Positions 53,826 through 64,000 of a stretch of DNA of 64,000 nt are shown here, in pieces (the first letter of the stretch is position 1; each line of letters starts with the position of its first letter). Source of the DNA: Stegostoma tigrinum (lineage: Eukaryota); contig NC_081363.1 of the NCBI RefSeq assembly GCF_030684315.1, positions 27,840,116 to 27,904,115 on the forward strand, given 5' to 3'. The translations under genes were made by a program, and so were the position numbers. The notes below the pieces were generated by a model that was not told where the DNA came from, made no database searches, and saw only the letters and a program-made list of their open reading frames with translations.

Positions 53826-54082
53826 AGTGATAATGGGAACTGCAGATGCTGGAGAATCCAACATAATGATATGTGAGGCTGCATGAACACAGCAGGCCAA
53901 GCAGCATCTCAGGAGCACAAAAGCTGACGTTTCGGGCCTAGACCCTTCTGATGAAGGGTCTAGGCCCGAAACGTCAGCTTTTGTGGCTTTCTGATGAAGG
54001 GTCTAGGCCCGAAACGTCAGCTTTTGTGCTCCTGAGATGCTGCTGGGCCTGCTGTGTTCATCCAGCCTCACATTTCACTATC
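53826..54082. mobile_element. Family A fold-back element with perfect 13-bp TSD and tandem hammerhead motifs
   Basis: TTAATATTGTGTA at 53813-53825 and 54083-54095; near-perfect inverted arms. Confidence 0.92.
53948..54018 (+). ncRNA. Tandem pair of intact minimal hammerhead ribozyme motifs (43-nt period)
   Basis: CTGATGA-A-GGGtctaggCCC-GAAA-CGTC at 53948-53975 and 53991-54018; palindromic ACGT stem III; GUC cleavage triplet. Confidence 0.78.
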
Positions 54083-54129
54083 TTAATATTGTGTATACTG
54101 GTTGAGGAGTCTGCCAGGTCTTGGAGACA

Positions 54130-54380
54130 AAAACAAAGTTGCTAGAAAAACTCAGCAGGTCTGGCAGCATCTGTGGAGGAGAAAACAGAGTTAACATTTC
54201 CTCAGAACAGGTCACTGGACCCGAAACGTTAACTCTGTTTTCTCCTCCACAGATGCTGCCAGATCTGCAGAACTTTTCCAGCAACCTTGTATTTGTGATA
54301 ACAAGGTGTCGAGCTGGATGAACACAGTAGGCCAAGCAGCATCATCGGAGCAGGAAGGCTGACGTTTCAAGTTTTTATTT
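54130..54380. mobile_element. Family B fold-back with 14-bp TSD and a nested family A fragment (about 54296-54369)
   Basis: AGGTCTTGGAGACA at 54116-54129 and 54381-54394; inverted arms. Confidence 0.85.
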
Positions 54381-54524
54381 AGGTCTTGGAGACACCCGGT
54401 TCCAGATAATACCACTCACTATCTGAGATCTTTCTGCCAAAGCATAAACACATATCTGTTCCATTATCAGATCCTCTCGTTGCATTTAATGGATGTAAAT
54501 GGTTTGTTACTTAATTAGGAATGC

Positions 54525-56285
54525 CTTCTGTCCTCACAAAAGAGGACACAAATCGATACCAGAAATGTTGAAGAATGCAAGATTTAATGAGAGGGAAGAA
54601 TTGAGGGAGATCAATATTAGAAGAGAAATGGTGTTGGGAAAATTGATGGGATTAAAGGCAGTTAAATGGCTCTAGAAATAATGATGCATTAGTGATCATC
54701 TTCCAGGATTCTACAGACGATGGAACAGTCCCTGCAGATCGGAGGTTAGCCAATGTCACTCCAATATTCAAAACGGGAGGTAGAGAGAAAACAGGGAATT
54801 ATAGGCCAGTAAACCGAACGTCAGTAGTGGGGAAAATTTTTGAATCTATAATCAAAGACTTTATAGTGGAGTATTTAGAAAGCAGTGGCAGGATCAGACA
54901 GATTCAACATGGATTTATAGAGGGGAAATCATGATTGATAAATCTGTTGAAATTACATGAAGATGTAACTAGTAAAGTTGACAAGGGGGAGCAAGTCAAT
55001 GTGGTACATTTGGAGTTTTTAGAAAGTGTTTGACAAAGTCCCACTTAAGAGATTATTGTGCAAGATTAAAGTGCTTGGGATTAGGGGAAGTGTATTGAGA
55101 TGGATAGGAAACTGGTTGGCAGAGAGGAAACAAAGAATAGGAATTACTGGGTCCTTTTCAAATTGGTAGGCAGCAACTAGCTACTCACAATATGTATTAA
55201 TGATTTGGATGAGGGAAGAAAACATAACATCTCCAAGTTTGCAGACAATACCGATTTGGGTGGGAGGGTGAGCTGTGACAAGGATGCAGAGATCCTTCAG
55301 CATGATCAGGACAGATTGGGTGATTGGACAAATCAATGGCAAATGCTGTATAATTTGGATAAATGTGAGGTTATTCACTTTGGAATCAAAAACAGGAACA
55401 TAGAACAACACAATGCAGTACAGGCCCTTCAGCCCTCGATGTTGCGCCAACCTGTGAAACCAATCTGAAGCCCATCTAACCTACACTATTCCGTTATCAT
55501 TCATATGTTTATCAAAGAGGGCAGATTACTACCTGAATAGCTGTAAATTGGGAGGGGGAATACGCAGTGGGACCTGGGTGTCTTTGTGCGCCAGTTGCTG
55601 ACAGTAAGCGTGCAGGTACAGCAGGTGGTAAAGGAGGCAAATGGTATGTTGGCCTTCATTGTGAGAGGTTTCGAGTACAGGAGCAGGGAAGAATTGTTGC
55701 AGTTACATAGGGCCTTGGTGAGGCCACACCTGGAATATCGTGTGCATTTTTCGTCTCCTTCTCTGGGAAGGGTGCTCTTTCTCTCAAGGAAGTTCAGCGA
55801 AGGTTTACCAGGCTGTTTCCGGGGATGCGTGGGACTGATGTATGAGGAGAGATTAACTCGATAAGGCTAGTTTTGCTGGAGTTCAGATGACTGAGGGGGG
55901 AATCTCATAGAGACCTATGAAATTCTAATAAGACTAGACAGGAGCGGATACAAGGAGAATGTTTCTGATGATGGGTGTGCCAGAACCAGGGGTCACAGTC
56001 CAAGGATTTGGGGTAGACCATTTAGGATGGAGATGAGGAGACATTTCTTCACCCAAAGTGTGTTGAGCTTGTGAAATTCATTACCATAGGAATTAGTTGA
56101 TGCCAAAACATTGAATATATTCAAAAGGTGGCTAGACATAGTACTTGGGGTAAATGGGATCAGAGGTTACAGGGAGAAAGTAGAATTAGGCCATTGAGTT
56201 GGATGATCAACCATAATTGTGATGAATGTCAGGAAAGGCTCAAAGGGCTGAATGGCCTCCTCCTGCACTTATCTTCTATGCTTCT
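54525..56285 (+). mobile_element. CR1 LINE with a nested antisense CR1 tail (about 55397-55515)
   Basis: ANVTPIFKTGGREKTGNYRPV, ISKFADNT, ALVRPHLEY. Confidence 0.93.
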
Positions 56286-59055
56286 AGGTTTGTTTTCGCG
56301 TCTACAGGGAAGCTCTGAGGAATGTCAAATTCCAATGTGCTGTCTGTTTCTTCTCTGCAAAAACTGTTAAGATTTGTTTTAGGACCTTTAGTTATCAACG
56401 TAAGTTCTATGAAACGTATATTTGTGCAATCAAAAAGTCCACCTAAAGTCCTCACTCTCATCCAAATCAGCTGCAAGAAATTCAAACCACATAGATTCCT
56501 AAATAAAACAGATGAAATGACATTGCAAGTCAGGCTTCCCTCCTGGGTCCTTTTCCCTGCTTCAGTTGCAGCTACACTCCTTTATATCTAATAAAATCAG
56601 AGGACTCTATCCAGGTAAATTTTCCCGTTTCTGATGTGTCTCAAGGATGTGTGGATCAGGCTCCAGTGGTTTATCAAAGCTCCTCTGCTCTCAAAAACCT
56701 GCTGCAGATGTATTTGCTCTAGATCATGCTGCACTTCAATTCTGAAAAAGGTCATCCCAGACTCAAATATTAACTCTGTTTCTCTCTCCACAGATACTGT
56801 CAGACCTGTTAAGTTTCTCCCGCACTCTGTGTTTTGTTACAAAAAGTTAGCATGCAGGTGTCACAATTAATTAAGAAGGCAAATTGCCTTTGTTGCTACA
56901 GAGCTGGAGTTTGAATACGAGTGTTATATAGTTCCTCCTTAAAACAAGTTAGACAACTCCAACCAGAATGTTGTGAATGAATTTGTCCAGATGCCCCAAA
57001 ATACCGAAGCGGTCAAATCACTACAAACACAAGGCAATACCAGCGCAAAACAGTCCCAACTTTATTAGGAAACAAGTTGCAATGACTTTTAATACTAAAC
57101 ATACTATCCCTATTCTTACTCAGCCTCTTAAGCTCACAATACATCCCAAGTCTCTTGTCAATTTACACAGTCACACTATCTCTCTGGCTCTGTCTCTGGG
57201 TCTATGAAGCTGCTCTCTCTCTCTCTCTGGGTAGTCAGCTGGTTTCTGCCTCTTACCATGCTGGTCTCCTCAAAAGGCCTCCAAAGTGAGATTGGGCTGC
57301 AGGTGAACCCTGTTCTTATACCTTTATGGATGGTTTTCTGGAACTTTCCATAGTTCCACCTAATCAGGGAGACACACTTAATAGTTTGAAACATTGTCAA
57401 TTATTTGGATGGCTTGTCACTGTTTGTTCCTTTGTGTAGCAGGACCCAGTGCCTTTCTGTCTGTGCCCTCCTTTGTTTGCTGGATAAATTGTTGGGATAT
57501 GTCTCAGCTTTCCTGCTCCTCTGATGCTGCTTGTGTTCAATCAGCTCTACACCATGTTATCTTAGATTCTCCAGCATCGGCAGTTCCTACTGTCTCTGTC
57601 CAGGATAACTGTTGCCTTTTACATTATGCTAATATCATTAGCACCTAGCTGCTGTGTTTGCACTGTATCTGGTGTGTGGGTTTTGTGATTTCAGAGTTTT
57701 ATCGGCCAACATACCCAGCATCCCTTGCTGTTTGGCCAAGTTAACAATCTATCTGAGTTTTAGCAGCCAGGACCCCTGCAATGCAGGGAAGTCTTGGGGC
57801 AAGGGCACAAAAATGCCAGCACTGGAGAGTCTGTCAATTTTCACCTGACATTTTTGAGGCTGAAGGACTCACTAGTCTCAATGATGTCTACGGGGCTTTC
57901 AGTAATTGAAAAGACAAACCAGGTGTTTTTACTGGGGCATGGTTCTGGAGCGATGCTAGGTAGAATTATGGTTAGGAAAGTCAGAAATGCAAAATTTCCT
58001 GCCTACCATGCAGTTTAACCCACTGGAACCCACAACAACACCTCTGCATTCCAATGTGTTCCTGGCCAGCAGCCCGAACATTTCATACTCGTTAAACATG
58101 GGGTCCTTTCAAAACTGATTGCTCACAACAAGATATGTTCACCTATAAACTACATTCTAACTGACCTACATTAATTTCTGATTAAACGTTGCTTTGATTT
58201 CAAATCTCTCTATGGCCTCAACACTCTTTCTCTCTGTAACATCCTTGAAACTCACATTCCTCCAAGACTTCCAGCATATTGGGCATCCCCGATTTTAATT
58301 GCACTACCATTTGTGCTCATGTCTTCGCCTGGCAAGTTCCTTTTTTCCTCCGTGCTCTCTCTCTCTCTCTCTCTCGGTCTATCTCTCTGCCTTCAAACCT
58401 TCTTCTTTGGTCAAGACTTCAGTCTTCTATGCAACTGATTCTTTACATAGACAAATTTTGCTTAATAATCTTCTTGTGAGACACTTTTGAATGTTTTATG
58501 CTAATGGCGCTGTATAAATGCAAATTTATGTTGTGTCAATATTACAATGATACTGTTTGTTAAAAATCTAATTTAAAAGGGTGATATCTACAATGACAAG
58601 CTTTGGTGTGTGACTAAAATGAGAATGGTGAAGGGAGTGAATGTTAAAGGTGGAAGATGGGGTGCCAATTATGCAAGTTGCTTTGTCCTAATTGGTGTTG
58701 AGCTTCTTAATTGCTATTCAACCCTTATTCATCCAGACAAGTGGGGAGTATTCTATCACACTCCTATTTTGTGCCTTTTAAATGGTCGACATGCAGTAGG
58801 AATAATGTAATGAATCTTTTGAAGCACCTATCAGAGTAAGTAGTTAGTATAGGTTTCAGACTGTTCAGTAAGAGATTTAAAACTGTTTACTGAAGAGTCT
58901 TGTGAAGAGATTGATAAATTTTTATTAAAATGCGCAGTAAAGTCTGATAAATGTTGTTTATCCTTGATAAAGTACGCAAAAAAGTTGTGTTGTGTTGTAC
59001 CTTCCCCTGAGTATTGTTCCCTTTGTCTATCTCACCAAGTAACATGGCTGAGTTA

Positions 59056-59178
59056 ATAAAATGTGAGGCTGGATGAACACAGCAGGCCCAGCGGCATCTG
59101 TGCCTGCTGTGTTCATCCAGCCTCACATTTTATTATCTTGGATTCTCCAGCATCTGCAGTTCCCATTATCACTGATAC
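59056..59178. mobile_element. Family A fold-back with perfect 15-bp TSD; hammerhead region deleted
   Basis: AACATGGCTGAGTTA at 59041-59055 and 59179-59193; perfect hairpin stem of about 33 bp. Confidence 0.92.
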
Positions 59179-60189
59179 AACATGGCTGAGTTAGACAGTT
59201 TTGCTGTAAACTGGTCAAGGTTAGTCAGGGTACATTTCCCCAGCATTTCAACTTACAACAGAAGGCTTTGTCACAAACTGAGATCTTTCCTTTAGGACAG
59301 CCAGTAGCCTCAGTGATGGCTGGCACAGCATGTGTAACCAAGTCCCTCACACAGCCCCAGTGGTTCTACGTAGATCAGAAACCCATCTCCTCATGAATTT
59401 AGTGTTGCCCCGTGCCAAAATTTTATTCAGACTGCCCCCGCAGTGCCTGGAGGTGCGTTCCTGGACCAAAATCAATTTTGCTTCCAATCTGTCAGTCTCA
59501 AATCTTTGGTTGTAGCTCAGTGTGTAGTCTATTCTGTTTCTAATCCATGTTAAGCCCAGAATTGTTACGCTGGGGGTTCAGTGATGGTAATACTGTTGAA
59601 TTTAAAGGGAGGATAGTTCACAGGTCGGTGCAACATCGAGGGCCGAAGTGCCTGTTCTGCGCTGTATTGTTCTATGTTCTATGTTCAATTCTCTTTTGTT
59701 TGAGATGGTCATTTCCATGCATCAAAGTTATTTTTTGCTGCTATCAGCCCAACCCTGAACATTGTCCACATCTTGCTGTATGACAAGCCAAGGTCTTGGT
59801 GACACCATCTCATATCTGCTTTGGATCTGAACCAATTTTTTTTTCCACATGCCTCAGTGAAGTGCAGGAAGACATATTTATGCTCGTTAAAGGCACTGTG
59901 TAGATACATATTTTAAATTATTTGATGCTGACAGTGAAAATATGGGCATGTCTGGATTATGACAGGGGCAATAGAGTACACCTATTCATCCTTCAGAAGG
60001 TTAGCCTCGTGAATCAAATTACAGCATTATTTGATATACTGATGGAGGCTCTGTAAGTAGTACGCCATCAAACCTGAGCTTCAGCCTGATCTCAGAAGAC
60101 CACAGAAGAGAGCAAGCAGTTTATTAATATTTCTCCCTGAAGATAATGTTTCACATTACAGCTGAGATGTTGGAATTATTTCATTAGTT

Positions 60190-60530
60190 CTTAGAAAGAC
60201 TTGTATTTATATGGTGCCTTACAGAACCTCAATACATCCAAATGTTTCTTCCCCATCCACTGCAGCCTCTTTGGGCTCAACAAACTTCCACAATATAACA
60301 ATAAACAAATAATCCCTGAATGACATTAGTCCAAGGATAAATACTAGCCAGAACACAGAGAAAGGACCTAATTAGTCAACTAAAGCCATGGAATCTTTTT
60401 CCAAGACTGCAGCTTCATCCAAAAAACAGCATCTCTCATAGTGCAGTTCTCCTTCTGCAGTGGAGTGTCAGCCTGGATTTAGTGTACGGGACTTGAAGCA
60501 ATGTCAAATTAATTCTTGAAATCGGAGCCA
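60190..60530 (-). mobile_element. Old Deu-domain-like SINE
   Basis: tcatccaaaaaacagcatctctcatagtgcag...ggagtgtcagcctggattt...gggacttgaa; related decayed pieces near 35400-35770 and 45710-45850. Confidence 0.5.
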
Positions 60531-62168
60531 ACTTATTATTACACAATACTATAAATAATACAATGCAATGGTGATATTGTAATTTGACTAGCCTTAGGAT
60601 ACCCAATTAAACCAATTTAGATTGCTGATATATACTAATATGTCGTGCATGTCAATTCAGTGCTAATTTAAAAAAAACACTCTTAAAAGAACAATACTTT
60701 GTAGTCAACAGATCCAGAATAATCATGACTAGTGGGTTCTGCAGGTCCTCCATTGGAGAATAGTAAAATCTTACAGGTATTTTGGTCATCTCTTAATTAT
60801 TGCCAAGAAAGTATAGTCCTCCATTTCCAGTGTTCTTCAAGCATAACTCTGACTGGGAAAATCAGTAGGTCTTCATCGGGTGCAGCCTAGGTAACATACC
60901 AATCATATATGTCCATAGCTGTGGAAACAGTTGCCAAGCAACAGTTTATGAAGAAATTTTCAAACTGACTGTTTTTAACAGGGCTGAGTGTCTTGAACTA
61001 CACAAGCGTCTTGTTATTTTAAAAGCTCTGTTATAACCAGAGAAAAAAAGCCGTCTAATTTTCTTCAGATTTGAGTCTGAGCTCAGCTTTGAAGTTCCAA
61101 ATGCTTATGCAAAGCTGAATTCAAGTGTTTATTTTGTACAGTTCAATGGGATGGTTGCGTTTAACATGATTTAGCTGATAACAGTAAAATAAGGTGCCTA
61201 TAACGATTGTTTGTACCTAGAGATATCACCCTTTTAAATTGGATTTTTAAAAAGTTATATCCATGTAATATTAACAGAATATCAATTTCCATTTATATAG
61301 CACCATTATCATTAAACATTCAAAGGCTCTTCACAAGAGGATTATTAAGTAAAATTTGTCACCCTAAGGAATCACTAGGACAAATGACAGAAACCTTGCC
61401 CAAATAGGAAGGTTCTTAAGGCTTGTATTGAAGGCAGAGAGAGAGGAGAGAGGGAGAGGGAGGCAGAAATGTTTGGGGGAGGGAGGTTCAGAGCTCAGGA
61501 ACTTGCCAGGAGAAAGCAAGGTCAACAATAGTATGCAACTAAAATCAGGGATGCTCAATAAGCCAGAGATCTTGGAGGATTGTGAGTTTCAAGGAGGTTA
61601 CGGAGAGAAAGAGCACTGAGGCCATAGAGGGATTTGAAAACAAAGGTAAGAATTTTTAAATCGAAGCATTGCATAACCAGAAATCAATACAAGTTATTGA
61701 GCACAAGGAATATAGATGGACAGGGCTTAGTATGAGTTTTGGATGATCCCACATTAAAAAAGGGTGGAGAATATGGGAGTCTGGTCAGAACGGTACTGAA
61801 GTGGCTGAGTTCAGAGGTTGCAAAGGTTCAACTATAGTTAAGCTGCATGATAAGCAAGGAAACCTGCTCTTCTAGGTTTCCGAATCACAGTAACTACTAG
61901 CTCTGCTCCAAAACCATGCCACAAGAAACACTGTTGGTTTATCTTTACAATTACTGAGGAGCCTGTGGATGACCTTCAGCAACTGGTGCATCCATTAGAT
62001 AGTATAGTTGGCCTAAAGTTTTGTCTGAATAAACAGACTGCTTATCTGACATCCAGTACTGTATGAGCACAAATACTGGGAAGTTCAAAGCTATTGTCTT
62101 TGATCCTTGCTACTGACTCCACTCCTTTCTTTGGCAAAACATTCCAAACAGGCTAATTCACAACTTAA

Positions 62169-62395
62169 GTGAGATAATGGGAACTGCAGATGCTGGAGAA
62201 TCCGAGATAACAAAGTGTAAGGCTGGATGAATACAGCAGGCCAAGTAGCATCTTAGGAGCACAAAAGCTGACGTTTTTGGGCCTAGACCCATCATCAGAA
62301 AAGGGTCGAAGGGTCGAGGCCGGAAATGTCAGCTTTTGTGCTCCTAAGATGCTGCTTGGCCTGCTGTGTTCATCCAGCTCCACACTTTGTTATCT
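62169..62395. mobile_element. Family A fold-back with 16-bp TSD (2 mismatches)
   Basis: CTAATTCACAACTTAA at 62153-62168 and CTAATTCACGATTTAA at 62396-62411; inverted arms. Confidence 0.88.
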
Positions 62396-62832
62396 CTAAT
62401 TCACGATTTAATGTCATTTTTGACCCTGAGATGAACTTCCAACAACATATCTATGTCACCCCAGGGCATGTTTGAATGTTTTTTCGCCAGTTGCTATCTA
62501 GAAACAGGCCCACTTGACAGTGTGGGTGGGTGGATTCGTTGGTGGGTCGGTTGGTTGAGACCCAGGGGGTCTTGTGGTGCCATGTCCTTACCTGGGTTCA
62601 AGTACTACTTGCTCTTGAGGTGTTCAATAACATCTCTGAACAAGTTGATTGGAAAAATAGGTTAATTCTTTTATTAAAAAGCAGTTCCAATATTTTGATT
62701 TAATCCCTTTCTGCTCTTCCAACTCAACCTTCCCCTCGGCTTCAATAGTCAGTATTTGCCCATAATGGGCTTTGTTTGTAAACGTTCAATTGGCTACAGG
62801 TGTTTCACTGTTGGTGTTTAGCAAGTTAAACT

Positions 62833-63197
62833 CTTTTTTCCTTTATTCATTCTCAGGATGAGGTCGTTGCTGGCCAGGCGGCATTTATTGCCCATCCCTA
62901 ATAACCCAGAGGGCAGTTAAGAGACAACCACATTGTTGTGGGTCTGGAGTCACATGTAGGCCAGACCGGGTAAGGGTGGCAGTTTTCTCCCCTAAAGGGA
63001 CATTAGTGAACCAGATGGGTTTTCCCCTGACAATCAACAATGGATTCATGGTCATCATTAGATTCTTAATTCCAAATATTTATTGAATTCAAATTCCACC
63101 ATCTGCAATGGCAGGATTTGAACACTGGTCCCCAGAATATTATCTGGGTGTCTGGATTAACAGTCCAGCGATAATACCACCAGGCCATCACCTCCCA
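62833..63197 (-). mobile_element. Full-length tRNA-derived SINE (same family as 7575-7937)
   Basis: Reverse-complement similarity over the whole length. Confidence 0.88.
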
Positions 63198-64000
63198 GCA
63201 GTGATTTGGGCGGTGGGAAAGTCACTTAGTTGTGTTTGATAAGGTAGATGAAATGAAACAGATCCATAACTAGTTCAGGCAGCAGGCTGTGGAATGGTTT
63301 ATCTGCCTACTTGTCTGCCCCTCTTCCACAGTTATGTTTGTGCCTGGTGTCCTTGGAGAAAGAGCACACAATGTCCATCAATGCTCTCAATGCCTTTCAA
63401 GAGAGGTGGGCACTGCAGGAGAAACAGTGCTTTATTTCCCCCTTCAACTCCATTTTTATTTAGCCCCTCCTCCCTCTCCTTACCTCCCCATCACTTTTGA
63501 TGGCTAGCATTACCCTTAATGGGCTTTGCATAAAAACATTCTATAGGGTGTCTGGGGGGTTTTATGAGTGGTTGTTAGTAGATAAAAACAAAGAAAATGT
63601 CAGGATGATTTGCTAATCAGAAAAAAAAGCAATACAGTTGTGTGTAAGAGCACTTCTGGTTATGGAAAAAATGGAAATTAAGAAAAAGTGAAGCAAACAC
63701 ATGGTTAGGTCTACAATGCTGGATGTCCCAGGGTGGGACTAGCCTATGTACACTACAAGTATTGGCTCTATTTTGGTGTTCAACAGCAAACAATATTCCT
63801 TTCCAGTCAGGTTTGTTAAGTTATTAAACTAATCAAACTTTCTCTATAAGGTAGCCTAATTGTTGCAGGAATCAACCTTGAGAATCTTTTCCAAACAGTC
63901 GCCAATGAAATAGATCACTCTTTGAGTAAGAAGACCCAACATGTATGCAACACACGAGAGGATGAAATTTAGTGAAAGCAATGGAATCTCATCCACCCAC

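Overview
Eukaryotic, repeat-dense (well over half repetitive), AT-rich DNA with no intact protein-coding gene. The repeat mix points to a cartilaginous fish, probably a carpet shark (inference from repeat families only). It contains many CR1/HER1-type and L2-type LINE fragments, an HE1/V-SINE, other tRNA-derived SINEs, degenerate Gypsy pieces, a Harbinger Myb/SANT remnant and Penelope-like elements (PLE; RT plus GIY-YIG). The main observation is a population of short (about 100-260 bp) non-autonomous PLE pseudo-LTR insertions. They belong to two sequence families that both carry a minimal hammerhead-ribozyme core. They are often arranged as asymmetric fold-backs flanked by 10-16 bp target-site duplications, and one copy holds a tandem hammerhead dimer. 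Also present: two local inverted duplications, a templated insertion inside a LINE, two weak exon candidates and repeat-free islands that may be conserved non-coding elements. Repeat boundaries are approximate; no alignment or database search was run.
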